Made by a program: the position numbers and the translations under genes
NCBI GenBank assembly: GCA_001655205.1
Contig: LPNZ01008340.1
Span: 1 to 44,800 of the forward strand
From: Lenisia limosa
Taxonomy: Eukaryota; Protista; Breviatea
DNA length: 44,800 nt
Reading direction: 5' to 3'
Part shown: piece after piece, positions 14,890 to 28,966 of the stretch
How the letters are laid out: every line of letters begins with the position of its first letter
Position numbering within the stretch: the stretch's first letter is position 1
Notes under the pieces: model-generated
Told to the model about the DNA's origin: nothing
The model's input: the letters and a program-made list of their open reading frames with translations, nothing else
Databases searched by the model: none

Positions 14890-17800
14890 TCAAAACCCTA
14901 GTACACTACAAGACTCCAATGCATCAGTTAACTGTTTGGTGAATAAGTAGCAATTCACGCACAAACTTGAGAGAAAGGCTGCTTCAGTGCCTTCAGTGCC
15001 TGGGTTGCCGCCAGCACTTCATCCTCTGTTCCCCATGTTGAGTGCTCACCACCTTCTTTCAAAACTAAAAATGTCACCACTTTTTCGTCACCCACAAAGC
15101 AGAAGGGATAATGGGTTGGTTGACGGGTTTCTCCTCAAATAGCAGTGAGGCGGAAGGGACAAACAGGCACTCTCAGTTGAGGCTTTAGTTGGAGACATGA
15201 GGCTGAGAACACTAGATATTAAGAAATTGATACTACATGCCTTACGTGAGCCTGATGGCAACCTCAAGTAACAAATTTGGTGCATGTTTTTCTATTCAGT
15301 CAGCACTAGACGTGAATCCCATACCAGCCCATTGGAATCCAAACTGGACAATTGGGAGCCATTCCACAACCACGGTATCTGAGGAAGACTCAAACTCAGG
15401 TGAAGACTGTTTCTAAATATTAGAACACAAGTGGACGAACCAAGATAGCGTTTGATGAGTGTTGGATGATACCCTCAATTCCCTCGGAATGAAGGTCCAT
15501 TGAAAGAAGTGTATGCGTGGCTAGAAATGGTGAGATTATGATATTAGTTCAAAAGAGAGGACAATACCTTGGAGTGGTTTTTGGTCTGCCAAATAAGCAG
15601 TTGAAGCCGCAATTGCTGCAGACTTCAGAATTGGGGAATCAACAGTTAGTCTGGTCTTAGCCAACGCAAAGGCCTCGATATCCAGTCCCGCCTTCAAATG
15701 AGTGATTTGGAGGTGAAATGGATGGTGGGGTACAGCAATTCACAATACCAGTGATCTCACCTGCAAAAGAACGTTCACCGCAAGACCAGGTTCATTAATC
15801 GAGAGCAAATAGCGACATGCAGTATGAGGATTATTCTGCGGTGTCAATGATGATGGCAGAATAATCCATGAGGGCTGACTCACATTCAAAGCACATTGTC
15901 GAGCAAATGTGTAGGCTGCCCATTGCCCAAGCTACAAGTAAAGTAAATTGATAATGACGCATTGCCCCACTGTGACAATGAACAATAAAAGAGATTGATA
16001 AACTGCTCACATCGTAACTGACGAGGGCGGCTGCGGCAACCCATTCGGATGAAAGTCGGTTTCTTACCCCCAAAATCTGAAAATTAATGAGAACTGCAAA
16101 AGAGAGCCACACCAAAAAAGTGAAAATAAAACATAAAACAAATCTCAACAGAAAGATTCAATTTTTACCTTCACTGCCCTTGTTGTATGTCCCATGAAGT
16201 GTAAGGAAGAAGCAAGGTTTTCTATCTCTTCAACTGTCAAGCGCTGAAACAATCAGAAAATTCAGGTACAAGGTATTAAAGGTAAGAGAATAGACGTAAT
16301 TTCAAGCAAAACAAAGAGGGTGCTGCGGAACTCAATGTAACCAAGAACCTCTAAATGCAAAGCTCGGATATCTTCTTCTTCTGGAAGGGAAGTGTCACCT
16401 CGATTTGTCGGACACATACCACAACCTAGGGGTCAAAATGCAACCTCACAAGTTATGAGCACGTCAATAGACGATCAAATTATGACATATCAAATAACTC
16501 AACTTACTCGGGTCTACTAGAGGTACTTCAGGTGTTAACAATGCATGCTGTACAGACCAAGATTCCGGACCCATGTCAGCACCATCAATGATTCCCTTTG
16601 CTCCTGGGTGTTTGTAAGAAATTAAAAGTAATACAAAAGATACCAATAGGTTGCTGATACTTATAAGACCATTGTACCTGCAAGCTCAAGAAGGCTTTTG
16701 GAAGGGTTATCAATTGGAAGGGCCACAAGATGTGACATAGGCGTTGTGCTTGGAGTCTCACTGAAGCTTGTGAATAGGAACACTGCGACAATTTCTCTAA
16801 AACATCACTTCACCTCATGGGGGTAGAATTTGGTTTGGGCTGATCTGGTTTTTTCTGATTCTGAGAAGGGTCGTCCTGAAGTTTTCGTCCTCTCTTGAGA
16901 AGTCAAAACAAAGTCTATCACCAAAACAAGAAGTAACACTTACTGACCTTACGACTTTTCTTGCCATCTCCCATTGAAAATGGCTCTGTGAAGAATGAGA
17001 GGACTGGACACAACCAACCACGAGGGGGTGCACTGTCGCCTTGTTTGGTAACATCCCATTTGCGACATGTCTGGTCCTCGCTACCGGTGACGGCGATGTT
17101 CTGCAGCAGTCAAAAGCTGTTTTGCTATCCAAAATACAACAAGCACGGGGGAGTCAAATGATTCAGATTACAGAAGAGTCACACCTTCTGAGCTGGTACC
17201 CAAGCAACAGCCAGGACTCTTCCGTTGTGGCCCCTCAGGTTTGCTGACGATACTATACTCAGGGGGTCTGTAGTAATTTTCCATATATTAGCTGTCATGT
17301 CAGATGATCTGGAAGGTTAAACAAAGGGAGATTGAGATAAGTAACCAGTTTGATCAGCCCTACAAACGCTGAAGCGAGTAAAAGCTCCGGACTCCAACTC
17401 AGGTCATTTACCATCCCAGAATGTTTCTTCTCTGCCTTGAAATGTGACAGGCACAAAGAATGATGTTCTAATGTACCAGAAGATCACAAACCTTTGAAAA
17501 CAGCAAAGTACTGTAAGTTGTTTCTTGATTACTCTCAAACCCTGATAAGCTGACAATACCGGATATGTCGCAAACACAAACCACTCCACTTGTACTGTAA
17601 ATGTTAGATGAACAAGTCTATAATATTTCTTAATATTGGCGTGAAATCGTACCATCCAGAAGCGAGGATTGAACCACTAAACTTCAGACATGAAATTGGA
17701 GAAAGGTGTCCTCGGAAGCCTGCCAAAACCCTCCACGTGCCACCTCAATCGTTAATCGTCCAGAGAGAATTGTGAATGTCATTCCTCTCACTGTGAACAA

Positions 17801-20800
17801 TGGATATTTGTCCAGTTGAAAAGCCGATTGCAAATATATCACCAGACTCATGGGGGATACATGAGGTGAGAGTTGTCTAAAGTTAATGACAGTGATGTGA
17901 CTATTCCAACTGTCTTGTCTGCCAGCTGCATTTTGTCTTTCCAATCCAGGGGATGAGAAGGTCTCTGAGTAGAATCCACTCAAAAATGAGAGAATTATGG
18001 AACCGGTTCCTACCTGGTGTTTCTTTGAAGGAGAAAGTGTTTTCTCTGAGGCTTCCGTCTTGAGATACTGTCATCAAAGAAAAGCCAACTGACGTTGTCC
18101 GCCAATTCATGGACTTCACTGTTTCCCTAACGTGTTAGCACCACCATAAAGACGAAACTATCTGTTTTAGCATACTGGTGGCTCCATGAAGCCTGGATCT
18201 TGACTTTCGATTCAATATTCAGAGACGATACAATACCTTGAGAATTAGTTCAAATGCCGTGGTTGAAAAGCCTTGGTAACTCACCAGTGCTACTTGCATA
18301 AGCCACAGTATCTTCGGATGTTGGATGGAATGCTACCTAAGAAGAAAAGGTGTTCAGTGTGAAAGCGGACATACTTGGCAGATTTTTTCATTTTGATTCA
18401 CATAATAAGGATAACACTCCAGAGGGTTTGATCTGAGGGGTGAAAAAAGCATTTCAAATGCGTTTTTTTGGAAAAAAAAAAGAAGAGCAATTTCCTTACT
18501 TTGACGGTACCCAGAAAGCTACTGAGCCACAACCAAGAGCTAAAGCTACGGTTTTACCTGTATGGTCAATATGGAAATAGGAAAATTGTCATCAAGCATA
18601 TCACATTCATATAAACTAGCTGAATTTACATTGGAGCACTTCATACCGTCATGAGGACTTGCGGATAGGCCAGAAACATGCCCACCAAGGCCTATAGCGG
18701 TTACCAATTACAGACACTACATTGCGCATAGTTACCGCTGCCTTTTGACACAAAACTATTTTTTTGTTACAAGTTAATCAAGAAATATGGTTCAATAAAA
18801 ATGTGTTTTTTTGTCAGCAATCCAATAATGCAATAAACTATATTACCTGAAGAGTGAGCCATAATTGAAAGATCAAATCATTTTGCTCAAAACAAATGAA
18901 TATACTTCTGAGTGGTAATACTGTGAACTTAAACCCAAACAGTGTATATTGTCTGTGAATTTTATGAGCTAAGAAGAGACACCTTAATTTGAAATAGAAA
19001 TGTGGCATAGCTGCCTTTGAATACCCCAACAACATCCAACATACAATAAATAGAACTGAAAGGCTTGAGAGTTTTAGGGGACAAGGAGATGATCTAAGAA
19101 GTAAACAAGAAAAACAAAGAAAAAGAAAACAAACCTCTCTTCCCTGAGTGGATGCAAAAATTAGGTCTTTAGTTGGATGGAAAATGATAGAAAAGCAGGC
19201 TGGCGAAGGGGTCAGGCGGAAATGGTGCGTTTGTGATGGCTTTTTCACGTCAAACATCATAACATCTCCTCTGGTATATTAATGGTCATAAATGCTGTAT
19301 TGCCAACTGGGGTGCAGAAGTAGCAAGAAGATCAGGTTTTGAAGGGGACCATGCCAAAGCTGCATATCTAGGGGTTCGTCTAGAGGTGTATCGCCAAAGT
19401 TCAACCGCGGCTAGAATGGTAACATTATACAACTAACTAATGAACCATAAGCACTAGTCATGGCAGCCCTTTTACCATCGTTATTGAGTCTGTACTTGAC
19501 AAGTCCTCTAACTGAAGCTGCCACCAGATACACTTCATGACAACAGGCACATGGGCGACTGCATTTACAGAAGTTGCCTTTTCGACCTTCACAACTATTT
19601 GATCACACTATCTGTATAACGGCAACCCACCTTGAGGCATATGGGCATTTTGATACTGAAGAAATTTCCCCTTCTTCTAATTCTAAATCTAAAAAATCAG
19701 CTTTTCAAGAGGAGAGCAAACCTTCTAACTCACTGTCCTGAGCGGGGCTCTTTGAAGAGGCCTCCCACATAAACGTGAGACCCGAAACTTCCATTTCCCA
19801 GGGGTAGTCAATATGCATGAATACCTAAGACTTCAGAGGAGTAGGGGGCAAAAGGAATATCAGCTCTGATTACCTTCATTGTTCTGATGTTGTAGATTGT
19901 GAGTTTCCCCCTTTTGTACCCTGCTGCTACGAGCTTCGCATTTGTTGGGTGGTATCTTTAGATGTCAGATGCTATCATTAAACAGCATTTAGTCATAGCC
20001 CTACGCTATCGAAGTGATCGGGTTGTTCTTGTTGGAAGTTGATGCGGATGAAATTGCTTTCTGTTTTGATCAGTTTCATTATTATATTTGCACACATTAA
20101 GGAATCATACAACATTTCAAATGCGACAGGCATCCATGTAAATAGTATGTATGTATATGCAACGAACCTCTTTGGATTTGTTCCAAATGGCCAATCTACC
20201 ACAGCCGTACGCGACAGCTGCCTCACCCTCAGTCAAAGGGGCCATGCAAATCGCCCTCACATCTGTGGACCTGAGATTGTTATCTTTCACAATCAGCAAA
20301 TGTATCAGATTTTACTATTTGGACAAGATTTAATTTATTGTTCAATAAAACAATAATAATACCACTAATTACCAGGCTTTAATTGTTTCGATGATCGGCT
20401 TCAAAGTCTTGATACTGTGGAACAGAACCGAGCCATCCTCGTGTCCTAAACAGTTATATATCATCAACTCCTTCCCAGCCCACCTGAAGCAATGACATCT
20501 GAGTCGTTATGGTGCCTTCCACAACTGACTGCTGTGGCTCTTTTGGCAGGACCCGCAACAATACCTATCAAACATTACCTGCAGCAGTGCAAGTTCTGAA
20601 CAACTACCATTCCACACCATTGAACAAAGAAATTCAACAAAACCTTACCGATAACTTTTGGAGAAGCAGTATCGAGAACCAGGAGGCTCTGTCTGAGGAA
20701 TTAGCTGTGAAGCAACAATCAAATAAAAGAGCCACTCCAACTTAGCTGCATATACAAGGGAATTTCCATCGGCAGTTATAGAGCCAACAGACTGAAGATA

Positions 20801-20854
20801 CCAGTTTGGAGAAGGGGGAATGGTTTCCAATGAGTTTTGGAGAAAGGGGTCCAT
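14890..20854 (-). CDS. GEMIN5: Gemin5-like WD40 / TPR-like SMN-complex protein, many exons
   Basis: N-terminal ETIPPSPNWY matches the Gemin5 signature TLPPSPNWY. Also GLGGHVSGLSASPHDGKTVALALGCGSVAFWV, AFHPTSEDTVAYASSTG, and dimerisation-region DIEAFALAKTRLTVDSPILK (cf. EAIAIAKARL..EDPVLK). The exact stop is uncertain. Confidence 0.85.
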
Positions 20855-21036
20855 CCTCTTATGGCTCGTGATTCAAATTTTACATTCCTTTTGACCTTGG
20901 TGAAGGAAAGGGGGTGGTGATGTGGTGGTGTAAAAGCAAAGTCAAAGCTACTTCAGCAGCTCAAATTGTGAGTTGATCTTGTTGATCTGAGTAAAACAGT
21001 ATAAAAGTCGCTTTAAATGTGACAATTCCTCTTAAA

Positions 21037-22857
21037 ATGGAAGTGTTCTTCAAATTCACACAAAATTTGGCGGAGTAGGCGGGGAGAGGTTAGACTGACC
21101 ACTTTTGGGACCCGTATTTGAACGTGTTCGGCCTTCTACCTCCTTCTAACCATTTAAATCGTTTATTATCACAAGTTGAGGATTATTTCATATTTTCCAA
21201 TCTCTTACCCACTTACCCACATAGCTCTTTTCAGACAAATACACTTGTAACTGCACTTTATCTCATCATCTCAGTAATCTAAACTCCAGTAATCGTCAAA
21301 CATTATCTTTGAATGACCCTGCAGCCGGCTTGAAGAGTACTCAAGGGAGTGTGGAGAGAATGACCCGACCTGGTGGCAGCAGCCGCCTCATGTTCAAATC
21401 GTTATCCAGATTGCTGTCAATGTGGGCTGACTATCCAAGGCCGTCCTTTCTTTGACTTGATATGTTTAAATTCAACTTGTAGATTGTGATCGTGCTGGTA
21501 ACCGCTTATTTTGTGTCGCAGTCTCCCACAACTCCTCTCAGACAAAGTTGGCGCGCGGTGATCTCATTTGACTGAATTCATCTGTGTATGACCAAATAGA
21601 GTTTGAGCGGAAGCGTACTGTCACAGACTGGGTGTTTGGAGGATTGTGTATTCTCTTCTTCTTGTCTCAACTGACATTCAAGTCTATTCGTGGTGCTGAT
21701 GTAGGCAATTGGTTTAAAACATACCGGAAACAAACAATATCGATAGTTTTCAATAATTTATCGAGAATTCAGTCTTTTTTCGAACCGAAGTGAATCCCAA
21801 GACGACAAATCAATACCCTCAAAAAAATTACACTGCCTTCTTGGGGATGCAGTGCTGCTAAGCAAATAGCGTGGGATTTGTTTGTTTTGTTATTTTCAAC
21901 CCTTGTTTCCCAAATGCTTACCAACACTGTAGTATATTTTTGTTTTCTAATGATAGCTTTCAGGCGGTTTGGTGGATGCTGATGCCTTGTCATATTTACA
22001 CTGCCGCACTTGCAGTCATGTTTCTGTCAAAGAACTCCAGTGAGTACACTATGAGTTGATCCTTTTGCCTTGTTCTTTTTTAATATTCATTTAGATGTCA
22101 GTGATGGGCTCTCCGGTCTTCTTCTCTACTTCTTCTGGGGACCTATGTCGGCTCTCCTGTTTCCTGACCAACACGATTTTGTTTATTGGCTTGAAGGTCC
22201 GGCTCAAACTGGTATGTTACATCAAAACGATCCACCTTTTTGATGGGTTTTATTTTGTAAATGTTTGCTAACTCAATCTAGTTCATCATTGGTTCCTTGT
22301 GGGTGTAACTCTCTATTATGTCATGTCAAGACGCTTTGACCCACCAAAAAATGACTTTTACTGGTTTTCAGCTGTGGTTGCTTTTGGTACGTTCCACTGT
22401 TTTGAGGAGGAATACTTATCTTATTTAGGACTTTTCCTCTTCTTTGATATTCATTGGATAGCGTCTCACTTGTCATGCACCAATATCAATTATCAAGTAA
22501 GATTGATTTTGCGTTTATTTGACTGATACACTGGTACAAGCAACTTTTTTTGGTTAAAAATACAGCGCAATTACATCTGATATATCACAAGGTTTCGTAT
22601 CTGTACCTACCTCTATGCTATAGTCTTGTTCTAACTGTCAAGATCAACCATCCCAAACTGCCTAAGGCGATTGAGGACGACCTTTTGGGACTTGGTGCGG
22701 ATTTCAGGTATTGGTACAAGAGTTGGACTGATGTTTCAGGGTGAAGCTTCTCCCCATTCTGGTCTTTGTTAGTTGGTTGACTCGTTTCGTTGGGCAAGTC
22801 ATTCGCTTTGTTTGGCTCGCAATTAGCGATGCTTGTCTGAAGAAGAAGAAGCTTTAG
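21037..22857 (+). CDS. TMEM164: TMEM164-family multi-pass membrane protein
   Basis: Exons AVWWMLMPCHIYTAALAVMFL (family LLNPCH motif), WGPMSALLFPD, HHWFLVGVTLYYV and SHLSCTNINYQ (cf. TEVNLNNM). Ends KKKKL-TAG. The first exon is tentative. Confidence 0.7.
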
Positions 22858-23371
22858 TTGGTATGATATTTATTATTTTTTGAACATGGATTTTGATGGA
22901 CTACTGGATTGCAAGGATGTTGATACCCAAAAATGTATTACACATAGTATAAAGCACTGTTTTACAAATTTTTTTAATAATGCCACAATTGGTTTCTGTT
23001 TGATGAAAGATTGACGTTTTTCAGCCTAATTGACCAAAGGTATGCGTATTATTGCGTCCAAAAAGTAAAACTATGAATCCCTCTGAAGAAAGCCTTAGCT
23101 CAATGTCGAAGACGATAGATACTTTCCGACACGAAATGAATTCAAAGATAATAGTCTCATTATTGTAAAACAAAGCAGCAAGTCCTGTGTGACAATTTAG
23201 CTTGCCATACATCATATATAATTATGTACAGGAAACGGGACCTGAATGGAGGCAATATAGTACAAGTATATTGAAATAATAAATATCGAAACAGAACTGA
23301 AAACACAGTGTAACGGAAATAGACCCCTTGGAGTATCTTTCTTGGGGAGCAGGGTGATAGAGAAATAAGGC

Positions 23372-25098
23372 TTAGACGTGATCGATAGGCTGCATTTGGA
23401 CAGTATCAATTTCCATTGAATTCGGCTGCTCAATTGTGTTGAGAGTCTGCATTGTCATGGGCTAAAGAGTCAGATAAGTGAGGATTTTACAGTTCATATG
23501 CAACCATCATATCCACTACTTACATAAAGCGGAGCAGGATTGCTGGTATGAGATGACGTAGTTGAAGAAGTCCTAAAAACATCAGACACAGTAAACATAA
23601 ATATAAGTAAGATGCATTGTGGGCTTGAAGATAAAAAAGTACACCAACATACCTGGGTTTGGAATCATAGCTGCTGGTAGAACCGTTGATGCTGGGAGGG
23701 GGAGAGNNNNNNNNNNNNNNNNNNNNNNNNNNNNNNNNNNNNNNNNNNNNNNNNNNNNNNNNNNNNNNNNNNNNNNNNNNNNNNNNNNNNNNNNNNNNNN
23801 NNNNNNNNNNNAAAAAAACTGCAATTATTTCAAACTCACGCGAGGAGTGGCATTGAAGGGGCCATAGGGACAGCCACGTAGTAGCCGGAGGGAATAACAA
23901 CACGGTTAGGCAAGAGCTAAAAACATTAAAAAAAAAAGGAGGAAACGAAATTGACAGCAGTAAAGAGTGACAGCCACAAACCATCATGTTAGCGCAGTAC
24001 TTGTAAGGCAGGTAGGAGTATTCAGAGTTATCAAGCATATGGTCACCGATTTCACAAGCAATCTAAAGGGTCAGCATTACCTGAAAGAAACTCTCTCAAA
24101 TCAGCCAAGCTTACCAGTCCTTGAACATGTGCAAGAAGGGTAATGCACAGCATGAAGATAGGGTAAAGGATCCAGGCGACAACAGTGACGAGGGCTCGGC
24201 GCTTCCAGGTGTTGAACACGTCATCGTCAAGACTGTTCTCGTAGTCGGGGAGGACGCCCGCTTCCAAAAGAGGATAATAGAACATGTAGGTCACGGCAGT
24301 CGCCCAAAGAGTGATACCAACAACTCCACCAAGAAGAGAAAGGACAAACTTGAAAATCTACCCATGTTACATCAAATTAACAATAATGTAAGAGTTATGA
24401 TTGTGAGAAGAAGGCTTACGAAAGTGTTGCTGTTGGCAAGGTAAGTGCTGGGCAGAGTCAAGAGAGTCTTTACCTGAACAAGTCAAAATGCCAAGATAAC
24501 AGAATGAAGAGGAACTCAATATCAAACCTTGGCAATCAACGTGGTGTCTGGAACAGGAAGTTGGTCGGGGTAGGTCTGCATAAACATACGCTGAGGTTCA
24601 GGGCGACGGCAAGGGGTCTCCTTCTGAAAGTGTCAGGGTGTTAAGCGATACCAATTCTAAAAGCAACATTTTCTTACATCAAGAGAAGAAATCATGAATC
24701 GTCCGAAACGAGCATCGACACCGCAAGTCAAACGAGCAAGCCACATGGTCCAGATGAAGATGGGGATACCAATTCCGATAACCGCAAGCCCAATACCAAC
24801 TGATTTGTCAGAGAGAAGGATGGAATCACAACACAAAATATTTCACCCAACTTACGACAATACATGGTGATGAAGAAAGAGAAGATTAGCACTCCCCAGA
24901 TGAGGTTGAGGATGAGGTAAGCAAGGTCAGCATAACGTTGGGCTTCGACAAAAACCTGAAGGAGTTACATAAAAAAAAAAACGAGAAGCGTACAAGCAGC
25001 CTCTTGTTTAAACTTATTCACATATTTTTAATAAGTGGGGATGAACTTACATGAAAGATGGAGCGACCCTCCCAAAGGCCAATATTCCTTGCGGCCAT
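23372..25098 (-). CDS. Membrane protein resembling the bacterial 'putative sensor' (PF13796-like) domain, with a Ser/Pro-rich cytosolic tail and no kinase domain
   Basis: Phase-consistent exons MAARNIGLWEGRSIFHVFVEAQRYADLAYLILNLIWGVLIFSFFITMYCLGIGLAVIGIGIPIFIWTMWLARLTCGVDARFGRF ... VKTLLTLPSTYLANSNTFIFKFVLSLLGG ... show the duplicated 'tw.dlaylll.lplG' pattern of that domain. One N-gap lies in the tail. Confidence 0.65.
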
Positions 25099-25522
25099 TT
25101 TTGAAAAAGTGATATGGAGAGTGAAGTAAGATAAAGCTAATTAATGACTAAAATAAGAACTCGAGACCTTGATAGATATTTTTTAATGAAGAAATAAATG
25201 GGGAGAGCCATTTAAATACTAGAAATGCGGCTTTTGGAAATGGGTATGTTTGGATTTGCAAAATCGGCCCGATTTTTAGAGTTCCGGGTCGGATATAATT
25301 TAGATAGGTACTGGTACAAGTATTAGGGAAACAGCAAAAATAAACAAGTCTTTCTGCCGTTCTGCCTGGGCGTCTTTTGTCGTAATAATTTGCTTATCAA
25401 TTAACTTAAGAGTATCTACATTTTAAATGTTCCCCTTAATGAAGTTATGTTTTAAATTGAAGAGATGTTAGTTGTCTTCTGTTCCTTAGAAGAAGTGATT
25501 TAGATTAATTTGACTAGATAAG

Positions 25523-28500
25523 ATGGGGGAAAACGACAAAGAAGACCTCGGTATTTTTTTCATTGTATCCTTCATTATCCTTAGTTCGCATCTTCCTGGA
25601 CCTGGAGCCTCAGTTGTTCACAACAATTTCTTCGGTTCCAATTCAGCAATCGGCAGCATTTTGTTTGAGGGCTTAATATTACTTTGGTACAATATGATTA
25701 TTAAGGGCGTCAGATGGAGATAATATCCAACAACGTTCAACAAATTTTGTTGGATCAATGAATATCAATCAATAAACTAATTAGAACCATTGGGAAAAAA
25801 AAAAGATAACAAAATGACATATATATATATATATAACTGCTGAACCGTAATAAACCAGAAAACTGAAATGTAAAATAATATGATACAAAAAAAGTGGGGT
25901 GACGATTATTAACTCTTGTATACTGCAGGGGAGAAGAAGAGGACACAAAAACTGAAAAACAAGTATAATATCATATCAAACAAGTTGGATGTTGGATATC
26001 TCAACTTTCCCAGTGTTTGTTGTGATAGCTGATCTTGTTATTATTTCTGTTGAAGTTAAATCCATGGTTCTGGTGGAGAAATGGTGATGTCATGCTACTA
26101 TTTAAACTAACCTCACTAATCAGTTGCGTTGGGACATAACAACTCCGAAGAAACGTGTCTAGTCACTGCCCTAAATAAGAGAAACTCAGCTGTTAGACTT
26201 CAAGATGAGGTTTGTGGATTCAGTTTCAAAACCAGCCTTTTATTTTTTAGGGAAAATACAGAAAGGCAGTAGCTGCACTTGAGACTTCACTTGACTCTTT
26301 AGCAAGGTTCGTAAAATATTTTAGTTTAGCCTATGTACCTTTTGTTTTAACGAGTTAGTATTGTGGGCTGGGACCATGACCAAACCATTGAACAGTGGGA
26401 GGAACTCGTCAGCACTATTTTGTCATATGCTGGAATGAAGATCTGTAAAGGTTAGTTTAAAAAATAAAGACTTGTTCTCATTTCTGACAGGTCAGTTTGA
26501 CAATGCACTTGAATTGTTGAAGAGAGTGGTCCATTGGACTACTCCAGGAATCGCCTGCGAGTCTCAAATCCTCCCCCTTTTGCTCTTCCGATCCAACTCC
26601 CTCCATGCTGTTTATTTCTTCAAGTGGGGAACAAGGCTCTTTAACAGTGTTGCTTTTCTGTTGACGTCTTAGGAGACATCAGGTTTCCGCCGCTGCCCAG
26701 CTCCTTATGAGGGCGCTAAGTGGCGATCTTGACGTCATCCCACCAATGGAACTCGTGACGGCTTTTCTCAGACTATCCACTATTTTGGGCGATACTGGCA
26801 GGTAACTGGGTTGTTGTATTGGATATCCCTTTTCCCCTCATTGAAGGACAACGAGTTCTCTTTCATTTTTCTCAAATTACACTCACTTTTGCATGGTCAC
26901 AAAAAATAATAAGTAAATATAAATAAAAAGCTCAAAAAACATTGGGATAAATAAGTTGTATTATTGGCAGTTTTAGTATGGATATGCGTGTTGTATTTTT
27001 TCTCATTTGTTGCATTAGCATAGTAACCAGTCATTATGATATTTCATTTAATATCAGTATTTGATTATAACATTTCAGGTCCTTTATGGCGCTTCAAATT
27101 ACAACGGACATTCTGAATCTCTATATTGATAAGTAAGCAGATACTACCTACCTTGTATTATTTATTTCTCATTTCTACAAATATTCTGAAGTCAGCGAAA
27201 CTTACATCTTACATCTGGAGAGTATTTAATGTGTTTTTGTAATAGTATCTTTTAGATTTGATGGAACGGATTCACCCTTTCCTCCATCACCTACCATTCT
27301 TGAAGCTACACCTGAAGGTGAAGGTAACAGGAATTGACCCCAAAATTTCAATAAAAGGAAATTAACTTTAATAATAATAAGCCTTTCAAAATTTCACTTT
27401 ATTTTTCTATTGATTATGTTGACAGATTCCTAACATCACAATGTAGCCAATGAGACTTCAACCATCAGAAGCCATGACACTGACCCACTGACTATGCTGC
27501 TTTCTTCAACTGCTTATGGTGATCCCCCGCCGAATGCTGATGAGTATCCCGAGTTTTCCATGACCCCAATGCAGGTGGCCGCCTTCAGATCTCCGGAAAC
27601 CAAGTGGGCACACCAGGCCACACTTTTATTATCGGAAACTCTTCAAGGAATGTGCGAATTTACATTCCAGGCTTCAGTACAACAAAATTCGCATCTGTGC
27701 TCTTCACAACTTTGCCATTGAAAAGGTTGGGTAGTTTTTCTTTGTTTCATGAATTAACACTCCAGGCATACCATAATAGGGAAGTGGAAGCTGATGATAC
27801 CTTGGCTGTAGCAAAGCACTTTATAAACACAAGAATGGGTTTGTCACATAATAATTCCTAGGAATTATATTGGGATTTCTTTTCGTAATTGACCAATTTA
27901 GGAGGGCGAATTCCTTGGGCACATAGGTTTCAGCTCACTCAAGAGGTGGGGTTCCTTGCAAGCTGTTAAGAGGATCTAACCCACCAGACTATCACAAATA
28001 TTATTGAAGTCAACCAGAGCAACCCCGAGGATTCAAGAGGTGCCTTGTCCCTTACTCAATTGAGGTCAAAGCCCAGACCAACTGTCAAATCAGGTTGGAT
28101 TTCAAGCTCTGATAATCGAACCGCCTCATAACCACGCAGCCTCAGGGGTGCCGTCGCACTCCCGGCCGCCCACGTCTTTTTCGCGTTCCACATCATCAAT
28201 GAGTCGTCCCTCTACCTCCGTAAGCTAAATACAATAGAATCATTTAAGTTCTCGATAGTTCTGACAAGTTAGCGAGATATCCGTCCTCCAACAGCAGCGA
28301 GTTCTCTCCGAGCCACAGACGTGCAGCAACCCTCGGTGGTTGATGTTCCTCCGAACTTCACGTCAACACGAAGGAAGAAATGTGGTGATAAACCAACAGG
28401 TGAGTATGTCGTTTTTGCCACTTTTTTTTTTTGGATGAACCCAGTCACAGCCCAGGATGGTCTGTTGTTGCTGATGCTAGGAAGCGGTCTTCAGCCCAGA

Positions 28501-28548
28501 AGTAGAGTTCTGAATGTTGGGGTTGCTTTCCAGGGTTTAGTTTGTTAA
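25523..28548 (+). CDS. TPR-like helical repeat protein with a Ser/Arg/Pro-rich C-terminal part
   Basis: Exons GKYRKAVAALETSLDSLA, IVGWDHDQTIEQWEELVSTILSYAG, GQFDNALELLKRVV and RHQVSAAAQLLMRALSG are TPR-like. The tail contains SRPSTS and RPPTAASS. Several junctions and the stop are unresolved. Confidence 0.55.
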
Positions 28549-28966
28549 ATTTTACGGTATCAATTACGGTGTGATTTTTTTTTTTTTTCATTATGTTTCT
28601 TGTAGATAATGTAAAATATTCTTTCTCCACTTTCCAGTCCCTGCCACAACACCTCCTCTGCCAAGTAAGGGGGCTTGGCAGGAGTTTGGGTTGGGGGGGG
28701 GGGTAAAAATTGGGNNNNNNNNNNNNNNNNNNNNNNNNNNNNNNNNNNNNNNNTTACAAGTTCAGACATTCACACAAACACAAAACCTCAAAACAAAACT
28801 ATGGCAAAACTTCGAGAGCATATTTAATGGGGGGGACACTATATCATATATAAACCCACTTCGTTTTTTTCTTCTAGTATAATTAGCCACCAACCAACTC
28901 GCTTTTTTATTTAGTACACACTCTCTGACTGCATTCAAAGCAAAGACCAAGGAATTTGAAGTCAAA

